Below, piece after piece: positions 1 through 12,312 of a stretch of DNA of 64,000 nucleotides (positions are counted from its first letter, which is position 1; every line of letters starts with the position of its first letter). A program made the position numbers and the translations under genes. The notes under the pieces were generated by a model that saw only the letters and a list, made by a program, of their open reading frames with translations, had not been told where the DNA came from and did not search any database. Origin of the DNA: Octopus sinensis. Lineage: Eukaryota. The stretch is from positions 100,316,001 through 100,380,000 of the forward strand of contig NC_043003.1 in NCBI RefSeq assembly GCF_006345805.1. The letters run 5' to 3'.

Positions 1-670
1 CTTCAAGCATTCACCACATCTCATCTCCCTGCTCCTTTCACCCAAAAACCACCCCTCCTTGACACACATTACATCCCCTAGTTTTTTGTACTGCCAGTTC
101 CTTCCTTCTCTCCACTTCCAGCTTTCATTCTTATTATCATCCTTTCTCACATGCTATTCCTCCTCTTCTTTTCTTCTGCCATCTTCATCTTGAATCTACT
201 ATCATTCCCAGTGCCCTCTTTTGACCTTCACTATGCCTATTCACTATAGCTACCCCTTACGTACCTCTACATCTCCCTCCCCACTGTTCCTATACCTTGC
301 TCATCGTCTCTCCCCGAACTATCATCCCTGAGCCACTCTTATCTCTTTCTTCTTTCCCCCTCCCATATTGATATTTCCCATCAAACTGCACCTCCATTCC
401 TGTCCATCACTCTCTACCTTCTGCTCTACCTCCATCTGTCGCTATCCCCTCTTGATCCACCACCTGTATCATCTCTTGCTTCTTAAATAACATACAGCAT
501 AGTGCTTGTGCAGATCTCTCTCCCTCTAGCTGTTACAGCTTGGATCTCCTACTGGGCCAGGCTACTAGTCATCCTCAGCCATATTAGTTATGTTTAATAC
601 AACCTTCCCTTCATGCCCTCCATGCTTACAAAACAGGAATAAAAATGCATTGTCGTTTTTGTGAATTCAG

Positions 671-786
671 GAGCCTCGCCGTAGTCCAACACCAGAAAGG
701 AAACGAGGGAGTCACAAAGAAGATAAAAGTTACAGAAGCCCATCCCCACGAGGGAGAAGAAACAGAAGTCGCTCTCCACACAGAAG
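671..786 (+). CDS. PRPF38A: Coding exon of an RS-rich splicing factor (probable PRPF38A), internal exon, phase 0 to 2
   Basis: Acceptor ttttgtgaattcag|, donor AG|gtactg. The 116 nt read EPRRSPTPERKRGSHKEDKSYRSPSPRGRRNRSRSPHR and join in phase with 8523. Resembles the KPRRSPT.. RS region of vertebrate PRPF38A (from memory). The N-terminal PRP38 domain lies outside the window, so the symbol is tentative. Confidence 0.75.
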
Positions 787-1323
787 GTACTGCTTGTCAT
801 TTGTTGACTACAGATTTTTAGATTGGAAAATAAATTTGAATTCCTAACCAGAGGAATTAAGTTCAGTTATGTGGCTTCTTAACCTCAAAGCTAGATTAGG
901 TCTCCTCTGGGTTAACATTATGTCTGTGTGCACAGGCTTAAGCAAGTTTTAAAAGAATTTTTTTTTTTTCTATATTTGAAGATTAGCAGTTGCCTACACT
1001 AGCAAGTCTCCACTCCTCCCAACAGAATTGTCACTGCTTTTGGGTTGCTACAACTACTGTTGTTACAGTAGTTGCTATCAAAACACAAGGGCTACAACAG
1101 ATACCACAACGTATCTTGCCTAGTACTCTAACAGTTCCATCAATTCACTACCCTAGGTCGGTGATTTATTTTTTTATTCCTCAATCTACAAAAGGGCAAA
1201 GTAACCAGTTTAATATCAACAAGGGATGTTAACATCATAAAACTAAGTTTCACTCAAGTACTGACTGCTGTGGAATATCAACTTTCATACACATGCGCAC
1301 ATGTATACATACACACATATACA

Positions 1324-2200
1324 TATCATCGCCATCATCATTATATCATCATTTAACGTCTGTTCTCCATGCTGGCATGGGTTCGATGGTTTGACAGAAG
1401 CTAACCAGCTGAAGGGCTGTTCAGGTTTCATGCCTATTTTGGCATGGTCTCTACAGCTGGATACCCTTCCCAATGCCAGCCACTTTACAAAGTGTACTGG
1501 GTGCTTTTATGCAGCACCAACACAGGTGCTTTTTACATGCCACCAGCACCTATGAGCCCTCAAGATTAGAGATGCTCAACTGGGAAGGTTGCAGGGGACA
1601 AGGCTGTATGCAAGGGCAACCACACTTTTACTTAGCTTGATGTCTTTTCTAGCACAGCAAGCCACCAGGTGTCTTAATCCTCTGTCATCCTTGCTGTGAG
1701 TCCCAACACCTGTAGATCCTTTCTCACCACTTCATCCCACTTCTTCTTGAGTCTGCCTGTTCCACATGTTTCCTCTACAATTAGAGATAATGACCTTTTG
1801 ATGCAATTGTCTTCATTCATATGCATTACATGGCCATACCAGCGCAGTCTTCTCTCTTGCACACTACATCTGATTCTGATTATACCCAGTTTTTCTCTCA
1901 GATCACTTACATTCTGTTGTATATGCACACTGACATTACCCATCCAGCGAAGCATACTAGCTTCATTTCTTTCAAGTCTTCACATTTCCTCAATAATCAC
2001 AGCTCATGTCTCACTGCCATGTAGCATAGCTGTTTGTACACAGGCTTCATACAATCTGCCTTTGATTCTAAGAGAGAGGCCCTTCATTATTAATGAGGTA
2101 GTAGCTCTCTGAATTTCACCCAGTCTATTCTTATTCTAGCAGCTATGCTTTTGGAACAATCACCCCAACTACTAATTTGGTTGCCTAATTAACGGAAACT
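1324..2200 (-). mobile_element. RTE-clade LINE, 3' fragment with 3' UTR and (ATG)n tail
   Basis: ORF 1674-1955 (MLRWMGNVS..RRLRWYGHVMHM..GTGRLKKKWDEVVRKDL) is an RTE ORF2 C-terminus. The tail matches that of the copy at 42118-43498. Confidence 0.8.
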
Positions 2201-2589
2201 ATCTACTACTTCTAGAGATCCCCCCTCCTCGGTATATGAGGAAGTCTTTTTTTTGTACATTCCTGGTGTTTAATGTTATTGTTAATTTTATTATTATGCA
2301 AATAAAATGAATTACAAAAAATATAGGTATATTATATACTAAAGGAAATTATAGAAAATATATTGAAAGAAAGGGAGGTGTCAGGAGATTTGGAGAAAAT
2401 GTGGGTCATGTAATTATTAGAGGGAAGAGTCAAACAAATATATATCACAATATAGTGTAAGATAATATGATGTGCAGAGGATGTGATGAGTAATCGAATT
2501 CCATAGAAAGAGTTAATGTATAGAGATATTTTTTAAAAGATCAAGATATTAGAAATAGGAATGTTAGTAAAAAATTCAAGGGGTTGGGT

Positions 2590-3290
2590 AAGAATTATTT
2601 GAGCTTAATAGAAAGGTATTTGCTCATGTGTTTACATGAAAAAAACTTTTCATCCCTAGTATTAACCAGATGTCCATTCATTCTCATATTGTAGCTTTCT
2701 CCCAAACATAACCTACAAATTTTGTTATTATATCTATAAGAGGGAGCAGAAGATAGGGATTTTCTAAGATATTGAGTAATCAATATTGTTTCTTTTGAGT
2801 TGCCAAATTTTTTTAGATAGACCTGTATTATTCTCTTTTCTAGGGTCATTAAATGAAGATCTGTGATTATTGATTTGTGATTTTATAGAATTTTTTGTGC
2901 AACCAATGTATATAAATTTAGGAGTTATGAGTAATAATGATTGCTTGGTATACTACTTCTTTCATTTTGCAATTTCTATCTACTTCACAATTTAAATTAT
3001 TGAGTGGTACTATGTTGTTATGTCTATATTTATTAGAGATAATGGAGTTTTGGTTGTTATTATAATAGTAGTTGTTAGTCATAGAATTATTGGAGTTGCT
3101 AGGTATATTTGGTGAAGTTTTTTTGTTATAGAGTACGTCCAGTTTCTTATTGTTAAAAGAGATTATCCTAAAATGGTTTGAAGAGACTGAAAATCCAAAT
3201 CTGATTTTTTTATTATTAAATATTTTAGCATATTTGGAGTTTTAAAAGTTTTTATTAATTATTAATTTTTTAAAATTTATTTTATTTGCA
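2590..3290 (-). mobile_element. Penelope-like element fragment (GIY-YIG endonuclease end)
   Basis: Degenerate VVYQA..YIG followed by ICRLCLGE...LVNTRDE...SCKHMSKY, typical of a PLE endonuclease C-terminus. Confidence 0.65.
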
Positions 3291-3489
3291 TAATATGTCC
3301 TTAACAAAAAACCTCTTCCACTTACCTATGTTAATACTGTTTTATGCTACTTGCCAATCTACCTGATATTTAATTACATTTTATGCCTGATATATGCAAA
3401 CACATATAATACCTCTTGGTGTCCAACTTGCCTACAACCATGTGTGCATTTCTGTATATTAGTCCTATTTGTCATTGTGTGTGTATATC

Positions 3490-3526
<37 letters not shown>

Positions 3527-3529
<3 letters not shown>

Positions 3530-4697
3530 TAGTTTTATTTTTATAGCGTGCTTTCACTTCACTACCGAGCGCAGCTCTGTGTGCCTTGGGTATGTGCTGT
3601 GATTTGTTGTGATGCTCTGATGGTTATTGTATGGAAAGTGTTCTGCATAGGATGTGTGCAGTGTCTAGTAGTGCAATTTTCTGTATGTTATATGTGTTTG
3701 TAAGTTTTGGTATGTATTTGTCTAAATATTTTTTTATCATGCCTAATGCATCTACTATGACAGGAATTGCTTCTGTTTTTAGATTCCACATTCTGGTTAC
3801 CTCTATTTCCAGGTCTTTGTATTTTGAAAGTTTCTCCATTTCTTTTAGAGACACGTTGTCATCTGCTGGTATTGATACATCAATTAGAAAGCATTTTTTT
3901 CTTCATGATCCCTGACAACTATATCTGCTCTGTTGGCCTTAATTTCTCTATCTGTGTGTATCGGCATATCCCAGAGTATGGTTGCTTTCTCGTTTTCTGT
4001 GACCTTTTCTGGTGTGTGCCTATACCATCTTTTTTCTGTTGTTATTCTGTAATGTTGGCATAGCTTCCAGTGTATGTAGGTCCCAACTCTGTTGTGTCTG
4101 TGAATATATTCCTTCTTAGCCAGGACTGGGCAGCCAGAGATAATATGATTTATTGTTTCTTGTCCATCTCCACATATTCTGCAGTTACTTGTTATATTTC
4201 TTTTCATTACGTGTTTTTGGTAATTTCTGGTGGGGAGGCTTTGGTCTTGTGCTGCAATTAAAAATCCCTCTGTCTCTGCTTTGAGTCCTGAGCTTCTCAA
4301 CTATTGCTGGGATTTTTCTTTGTCTATTTCTTTTGCGTTTAGTTTAGTCCAGTATTTGCCATGAAGGGGCTTTTCTTGCCATCATTTTATCATGGTTCGT
4401 TGCTGTTCTAGTTTTAGTTTAGATTTCATTTGTTTTATAGCTTTTGTTGTTTCTTCATCTTCTTCTTCATATTTGTTAGGTGGCATGATTTCTTGTTTGT
4501 ATTTGTCAGCTTCCTTAAATACTGAGAACAGTTTTTTGTTTTGCTCGTGTTTTGCCACTATTTGTATCAGTTTTCCTTCCTTCTGAAGTAGATATTTTTG
4601 CAGTCCTATGGTGGTTATTTTATTGTAGTTTTCCAGCTGTATAAGGCCTCTACCACCTTCTATACGTTGTATATATAGCCTTTCTATGTCAGATTTT
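3527..4697 (-). mobile_element. R4/Dong-type non-LTR retrotransposon (restriction-like endonuclease), 5'-truncated, ending at (TAA)n
   Basis: GLKAETEGFLIAAQDQSL..CRICGDGQETINHIISGC (CCHC) ..NRADIVV.. (RLE) ..KEMEKLSKYKDL..ALLDTAHIL. The 3' end abuts (ATT)n at 3489-3525. Confidence 0.85.
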
Positions 4698-5167
4698 TCT
4701 TCTTCTTCTTATGTGCTTATATTATGTGCTAAATGTTACCACTAATATGTATTTTTAATACATATACATGTTCCACACATACACACACACACACACATAT
4801 ATATTTACCACTATATATACATACATATAAATATATATATGTGTGTGTGGGGTTTTTTCTCTCTCTCTTTGCACCAGTATGAGTATATTTATTTATTTAT
4901 TTATTTTTTGTACGCTGTTCCTTCTTTCATGTACACCCTCAAATAAAACAACTTGAATACCTATATCTGTGTAAAAAATCAACTAGAATACCTATACCTA
5001 TGTATACTAATTTGCAGATATGTTCTCTTCTAATGTATTAGTATATACTAACAAATTTTTTTCCCTTATATTTTTTTTATATGATATTATATATGAATTA
5101 TTTTGTATACTTATGTGCACCCACTACTCATAAAAAAATTTTTTTGGTATATTCTTAATGCCTATAG

Positions 5168-5420
5168 GCATATGGCATGGTGGTTAAGAGTGTGGGCTAC
5201 TAACCCCAAGATTCCGAGTTCGATTCCAGGCAGTGACCTGAATAATAATAGTAATAATAACAACAACATCGAAAAATACCTTAAGAATGAGAACCCAGGT
5301 TCGAAATTTCCCCAAGACACCTGGTGAAGGCTGGAGGGTATATCAGCCAAAACATGTTAACAACAAACAAAATGAGGACAAATATCCGTCAAATGTAAAT
5401 AATGTAAATAATGTGCATAA
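5168..5420 (+). mobile_element. tRNA-derived SINE
   Basis: A-box-like TGGCATGGTGG and B-box GAGTTCGATTCC, followed by a non-tRNA body. Confidence 0.7.
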
Positions 5421-5839
5421 TTCCTTATCTCTTAAATATAGAACTGAATCTCCTATTACTTCAATATTTATTAATTACATAATATTACTATATACTTCCC
5501 TCTCACTTTATGCCAAACTAGCTTCTTAACTCATACTTTTATTTATACCTAAACATGGTCAATCGATACTTATAATTAAAATTTTTTTTACTACTCTTTA
5601 TTCCTAGCTCCATCATCTCCCCTACATTGTTATTTTCAGTTTGCCTCTAATTAAACCTCTGAACATTCTTTTTAGATATTTATAGCCACAGCAAGTATTT
5701 ATGATCTAAATCTGTACTATTAACAACTAATTTCCTATTTTTTTATTTTTACCTTATAATTAATACATACAAACAAATATTAGTTCTTACACAAACACAA
5801 CTCCATTTTATGTAGCTCTTTAAGCATTTCCACCCCTTA

Positions 5840-6700
5840 ATATTGTTTTCATTGCATTCTAGCAGCCATCCACATACTTAATTCTCAAGTTTAATTTCAT
5901 TATCATGTACAGTTTTTTTAAATACACACCACACCTAGTAATGTTTATAACTGTCAGGTCATATCCTAATTCAAACATAACTATGCTTTTCCATTGGACA
6001 TTTCTATAAAACTTCTTTACATACCTAGCCCTCACACTAAATTCCTTACTGAAGTCGTTGTTGACTCCCACTTTATTTACTGTGTCTTTGTACCTGGTTT
6101 GTTTGGCTCTCACAAACTCTTCCTCAATGCTTAGTTTCCCTAGTGACCACAATATCATTATTTGTGATACCCTTTCAAATGCCTTAACTTGATTAACTAT
6201 TTAGGTGGTAATCCTTTACTGGATATTTTGAGCATCTCTGCAATTATCTCTGATGGGCCTGCTGCTTTCTCTCTGTCTCTCTTCCTGTCCTCGATTGCCT
6301 TAGTTACTTCACTGCTATCAATTTGAATTGCTGGTCTCTCTTTAAGGTCAGCATAAGGTAGTGCCTCATTATCCCAGGCATTCTCCATGCTCTTAACAGC
6401 CTCTCATATTAGCAATTCTATATCACTTTCTTGTCTTCCATAATGATGACATGTATGCCTTCATCATTTCAAATATATTTCTCGCCATTGACATCTTGGT
6501 TCTCTCTCATGTGATTTTGAACACTTCACACCTCTGATCCTCACATTGCAAGACATGCACCAGCCTGTTCCTCTCTGCTTCACTCTTAGTCAACCATACC
6601 GGTCATCCAGTTGTCCTTCTAGTTATTTGGTAATGCTGCCTACCACCTCTTTCCTTCCTTCTTTCCTTCCAAGATCCACTCCCAAATTTTATGAAACTCT
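5840..6700 (-). mobile_element. Degenerate RTE LINE ORF2 fragment
   Basis: ..KAAGPSEIIAEMLK.. and ..LWSLGKLSIEEEFVRA..VGVNNDFSKEFSV.. are RT-region remnants with many stops. Confidence 0.6.
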
Positions 6701-6741
6701 GTATTAGTTGATATTGTTGGAGTTATCTCTTTTATTCATTA

Positions 6742-7369
6742 CTAGCAGCATAGCCCGGCGTTGCCCAGGTATGTAAGAGCCCCTAGTAGGCAACGACTAA
6801 TCCCAATGTAGTCCTTTCCCTCCAGGGAACGAAGGTGCATGTAGACGTTGCAATGTCTTGTCTTCACTCGAATACCTCTGTATATACGATGTTCCTAGCT
6901 GTCCCTTTGGGCGAAAACATGAAAACATCATTGCGCCTCCCAACGTGTGAACAGCCCACGTAGAGTTGACCGTGGGCGAAGCACTGTTCGCCCAAATGTA
7001 ACCCAGCGACTTGTAGCGTTTGGCCTTGGGATTTATTGATGGACATTGCGAAGCAGAGTTTAACAGGAAACTGAGAACGCCTGAAGTGGATTGGTAGGTC
7101 AGAGTTAAAAAGGCCGAGTTGCGCCCCCTAGACAGTCTGTGGTTTGTGTTTCTGATTCTTGACCCCATGTCGAATTTATCAATTTTTTTCAGAACTGGGG
7201 GAACTTTTCAAAATTTTCGCTGCGTTAGTTATGAATTATGACATTGGGCTATGTGTGTATCAAGTTTCATCAGAATCGGTTGAAAGCCGTGGTCAGGGTG
7301 AGGGTACAACCAAACAGACACACAGAAACACACACAGACAAACTGCCGTTTATATATAGAGAGAAGAGA
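6742..7369 (-). mobile_element. Non-autonomous Helitron carrying a PIF1-like helicase C-terminal remnant
   Basis: 5' TC, 3' GC-rich hairpin plus CTAG, between A and T. ORF 6864-7046 MSINKSQGQTL..CFAHGQLYVGCSHV is the helicase C-terminal motif. Confidence 0.85.
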
Positions 7370-8522
7370 TTTTTAGCTTTTAAGACCTTTTGGAGAGAGT
7401 TTAGTTTGCAAAGGGGATTTCAGTTAATGGAAGTTTTTCAACTCACCATATTACATATGTGATACTCTATTGTGCATGTCATACTTACATGAACGGGATT
7501 TTTTTTTCTGAGAGAACAATTTATAGTCAGTATTAGGATGTCTTTTGTACACTACTAACTATTATAGCCATGAATATCTGAAAAAATTATGTTACTACTC
7601 ATGTTGCTGGTTTTGTTTTTATATATAAACAATTGATCATATCAAATAGAGCTGCTAAAGTGAACTGAGTATTTAATATCCATAGAACTTGTAAAAGTTG
7701 TAAAGAAATTTATTTTGCTCAGTAGTCATTGATTAAAAAAAACTTGTAATTTTTGTGTTTCTAGAGCAGACATTGAAATAAGTAATCAGTTAAATAGAAA
7801 AACACGATATAAATAGTGTCATTTAATTTTGTTTGGTGGGTATGTTATTACATTAGATGGGTTAGAATGTGGTCATGGTGTATAATAAACTGTCAGTATG
7901 TTCTGTTTCGTATTGTCTTGCACATCAAAACTTAGATAATTAATTTTCAATCCTGGAGCCTTAATTTATTGTAGTAGTATTAAAAGTAAGGTAGTTATGT
8001 GTGCACTTCTATTTGTGGCCAAAACTTATAGGAAATCATAAAGTTATCATAGTAAGTTAACAAAACACTGATCAGTTTTAAAGTGTTACTGGTAATGTTT
8101 ACAACTGTAAACCATACCACTCCATTTCAACTACTTACCTACTGCAGCTAGGTGATTGAAGTGGTTCTGAGTTAAATAAGTATCTTGGTCATGCTTACAG
8201 TACAGTTCTAGTGACAGAGTATTAACCACAAACTCCATGACTGATGTCTAGAAGCATATAATCTATGACTCTCATTAATATACTTCTACACTATTTCACA
8301 GTAGGGAGCCATTGCACTCTGTAATATATACTCATAATAAAGTAGACAGTACTACTGGGAGTTAAACGCATGTATAGGCCCTCACCTGATACATTTGTTA
8401 CCATATGCCAGGATATAATTTGTTGACTCTTGTTTTTACAGTACCTTACTGTTTTTGTTATCTGTTGCACTAACCAAACCAGAGTATTTTTGTAACAATT
8501 CATTAATTTGTTACTTTTACAG

Positions 8523-8593
8523 AGATAGAAAAAGCCCTGTTAGCAGAAGAAGAAGTAGTTCTAGAAACAGAGATCGCCGCCATCGTTCACCTG
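8523..8593 (+). CDS. PRPF38A: Coding exon of probable PRPF38A, phase 2 to 1
   Basis: Acceptor gttacttttacag|, donor CTG|gtaagt. Reads (R)DRKSPVSRRRSSSRNRDRRHRSP and is in phase with both neighbouring exons. Confidence 0.85.
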
Positions 8594-9109
8594 GTAAGTA
8601 CCTTTTAATGTTTAAACATTTCTTATTAAAGTATGATTATATTTCATTGTTTGCATTTAGAGTTCTAATTAGGTGGAACAGTAGTTTTAAGTAAATAAGT
8701 GCCTTAACCATCAGTCTGAGAAATACTTGTCATTGCTTACACTTTCTTCTTGCACACTTTCATTCAGTATTCTCTCGCTTACTGTCTGGTATCCTCACCT
8801 CTCTCATATGCTATACTTAGTCCTTTTCATGTCAGATGTTATAACACCGTCATGTTAGCCAACCAAATCCATTCGATTGTTTAAAAGCTATGTTTCAGCT
8901 TCTGCTTTTTTCTTCATTTCTTTCTTATCTTTTCTTCTGGAAATGTGTCTTGCTCATCATAGAAGTAACTTCGGAGTTTTACTGGCCATTTTAGAATAGA
9001 CAATGGATTGGCTAAAATCTGAAGCAATAAGCTGTTATGTTATCTACTTTATGAATTCACTTTCAAATTTAAAGATGTTGACTGAAAAATGTTTGCTTCT
9101 GTTTTTCAG

Positions 9110-9134
9110 TTACGAGGCACAGAGATGATGACAG
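9110..9134 (+). CDS. PRPF38A: 25-nt coding micro-exon of probable PRPF38A, phase 1 to 2
   Basis: Acceptor ttctgtttttcag|, donor AG|gtaact. Reads (V)TRHRDDD(R). It is exactly what is needed to keep the RD/HIND frame between 8593 and 10764. Confidence 0.75.
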
Positions 9135-9929
9135 GTAACTAAAACATTAAACTTTATGTTGATTGTTTATTTTTATCTTATGCTTATTTGATGACAATTA
9201 CTTTATCATGTTTGTTAAGCAAAATATTTTTTTACTGTGTGTTTGCTAAGACATGTTTGTTTGTGTTAATACTGTTGAAACAAATATGAGATGGGGTGGG
9301 AGCAAGATTTTAAGTTTGGATAACATTTTCATGAGTGGTAGTGGCATAATAAATACAAGCATTTATTCCATTGATTGTAGAAAGGCCTTCAAACAGTAAG
9401 ATCATTAGCCACAGGTGAGAAAATACTATATTCCACACTAATGTAGTATCTCCATCAGCATTTGGAAAATGGACATACCACTCAAGGGGCCATGAAGTGC
9501 AGATGTGTACATGCATTACTTATTTTATGTACTATATTCAGGATAAGTAGTCCATTACCTTCATAATATTCATTTTGCCATGCAGAAATGAAGCACAAAT
9601 TATATATCTTCTCATATCTGAAGCTCAACATTCTGATTACTTCTTCCTATATCAACCTTGCTCTTCTTTTGATCTGGGAGTCCTTCACTTGACAAGGACA
9701 CCTTTCACTGCCAGCATATTTTACCCAACATGTGTCACCCATACATCATGTGCAGCCAAAACAGTATAGCTGCTTCCTCTTCAACATACATCAAGTTACA
9801 CCTTTTAATGTCCAGCCATTCTTCTCATCTTATTTATGCTGTCTTTGGGCATTCAGTAGATTATACTCTATTCACTTCGCATTGCCAAAGTTTTATTATT
9901 ATTAGTGTTACTACTACTTCTACTGAGGC

Positions 9930-10125
9930 AGCAGGCTGACAGAATCATTAGTATGCTTAGTGGAATTTTTATCCCTCTTTAAGCTCTGAGTTCAAATTTT
10001 ACTTGGATCAACTTTCCCTTTCATCATTTTGGGATCTATAAAATAAGTACCAGTCTAGCAATGGGGCTGATAAAATTGACTAAACCCCTTTCAGGCCTTG
10101 TGCCTATAGAAGAAAGGATTATTAT
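9930..10125 (+). mobile_element. SINE (core gagttcaaat...ctttcatc...aagtaccag)
   Basis: Shares the core with copies at 11170, 21500 and 27435. Confidence 0.55.
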
Positions 10126-10763
10126 TATTACAACACTTTTCACAAAGTCTTTCTTCACAAAGCATCACCTTTCACTTAGGTTTACTGGGTGGTACAACAC
10201 AATATTATTCATTGTATCTGGAGAATAGAAAAAAAAAGTAAAATCAAATTGTGTAATTTCTATATTTGAAAAGGTTAATCAGAAATGTAAATAGTTAAAA
10301 ACAACAAACTAACAATATATATATATCAATACAAATGTTGAGTGAAAATTAATTTTACATTTACATGTAAATAGAATGGAGCTTTGTAGCATACCAAATT
10401 AACAAAAGCCAAAAGACAGGTTACTGGCTTGATTCACTGTAAACTTATTACCTGCTACTAAAGCTTACATACACTCACTCACATTTGCATTTCTCTCCTG
10501 CCTTCACTCTCCCTCTTTCTTACACTCCATCTTTCTTCTATCTCCCCCATTGGCACTTTCTTCTCTTTCCCTCATTTCTCCTTTTTCTCTCATATTCCTT
10601 TCTTCCCTCTCATAACTTCCACTCCTTTTCTTATAATATCTCTCTTTCTCTTTCTATCTACTCGTTCCTCTTTCTCCAACAAAAGCACATATACAGATAT
10701 GCTATATCTAACTTTCTATTTCATATTTTTGCTACTTTTATAAATATTTTCATAAAATTTCAG

Positions 10764-10965
10764 AAAGAAACGCAGTAAGAAAGCCAAACGGGATCACAGA
10801 GAACGCAACCGAGATACTGACAGGCACCGGGATAGAGGCCGTGAGCGTGACCGTGACCGTGATGACAAGAGAGACAGAGACAGAGGTCATAGAGGGGGCC
10901 GAGATGAGATTCGAGAGGCCAATGAACTCAGAGCCAGGCTTGGGATGGCCCCTCTTAGGCCTTAG
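10764..10965 (+). CDS. PRPF38A: Terminal coding exon of probable PRPF38A: RD repeat plus C-terminal HIND-like motif
   Basis: Acceptor aaaatttcag|. Reads (R)KKRSKKAKRDHRERNRDTDRHRDRGRERDRDRDDKRDRDRGHRGGRDEIREANELRARLGMAPLRP-TAG. The four exons total 414 nt (137 aa plus stop). Confidence 0.85.
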
Positions 10966-11043
10966 TGTGAATGCATTCAAGTTTTAGTGTTTGTAAAAAC
11001 ATTAAAACCAAAGTAAACCACTCCGGTTCATCATCTCTTTGTA

Positions 11044-11049
11044 AATAAA
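11044..11049 (+). promoter_or_regulatory. Candidate polyadenylation signal of the + strand gene
   Basis: AATAAA about 80 nt after the stop codon, followed by T-rich sequence. AATAAA is common in AT-rich DNA. Confidence 0.35.
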
Positions 11050-11169
11050 TTCATCTTTGTTATAAACTCATCATTTTTATTAATTCCTCTTTGTTATTAA
11101 TTCATCAACTTTCTATTTTCTCTTTGTCTTAGTTATTAGTACTAGTGACCAAAGGACAGTGGATTGATA

Positions 11170-11660
11170 TAGTTGTTAAAGCATCAGACAAAATACCTTG
11201 TTTCGTCTCTTCATGTTCTGAGTTCAAATTCCACTGAGGTCGACTTACTTTTCATCCTTCTGGTATCAATAAAATAAAGTACCAGTGAAGTATTGGGATC
11301 AAATATTATCAACTCCCTCACCCTCACCCCCATTTGCATATTTTAGAAATAGTTGTTATAAGTTAATTTTGACTTTCATCTTGTTGGGAGTCAAAATAAA
11401 TATTAGTCAACTGTCCCCCATCCCAAATTTTAAGCCTCATGTCTATGGTAAGAAAATATTATTAAGGCAGTATTCTGGCAGAATTGTTAGCATCTTGGAC
11501 AAAATGCTTCGTAGCATTTCTCCTGAGCTTAAACACTGCCAAAGTCAACTTGCCTTTCATGCTTTAAAGATCGATGAAATGAATGAATACCAGTCAAGTA
11601 CTGAGGCTGGTGATATTGATTAATCCTGACCCCTCAAAATTGTTGGCTAAGTGCCAGTTG
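11170..11660 (+). mobile_element. Two adjacent SINE copies
   Basis: gttctgagttcaaattccactgaggtcgact..ataaaataaagtaccagtga at 11215-11290 and a decayed copy at 11480-11660. Confidence 0.6.
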
Positions 11661-11999
11661 TTGTTTTGTTATCAATAACACGTCACTTCAAGTTGCTTGT
11701 AAATTTTGTCTGCTTTAACTATTTCAAAAGACTATGTTTACAACTGTTTACTCTGTGCTTCTTGTAAAGTGACCAAGCTTCTGAGGAGTTCCTCACTTTC
11801 ATTGTACTTTCACCTTTTGGGATAGAATTGTAGAAATATGTAAAAGTGTGAAATTTACGTATTTCTTTTTTAAAAATTTCTAAGCGTCACATTGAAATAT
11901 TCGACAGAAAACCAGAGGAATTTAAACATGGTTTGGAACAGCAATGTTAACACTGCCTTCTACACATTAAACCAAAGTACTGCCTCCACCAGTGCCAAC

Positions 12000-12225
12000 A
12001 GAAATAATCCTTTCTACTATAGGCTCAAAGCCTGAAATTTTGCGGTAGGGGTTGTCACTTACATTAACTCCAGTGTTCAACTGGTACTTATTTCATTGAT
12101 TCCGAAAGGATGAAAGGCAAAGTTGACCTCAACAGAATTTGAACTCAGAACATAAAGATGAACAAAATGCCATTGAAAATTTTTGTCTGGCATGTTAATG
12201 ATTTTGCAAATTCACTGCCTTAGTG
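12000..12225 (-). mobile_element. SINE, reverse orientation
   Basis: Reverse complement of the same core (aactggtacttatttcat..gatgaaaggcaaagttgacctc..gaatttgaactcagaac). Confidence 0.65.
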
Positions 12226-12312
12226 CCAACAGAAATAATAACAATGAAGACGAGAGGTACAAAAACAAAATTAACACACCTGCTAATGATGCTAATGCAA
12301 AAACAATAACTA

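Noticed and set aside
5168-5240. tRNA gene
   Set aside because: A and B boxes are present but there is no full cloverleaf or terminator, and it continues into a repeat body. It is a SINE head, as are 51500-51565 and 63600-63672.
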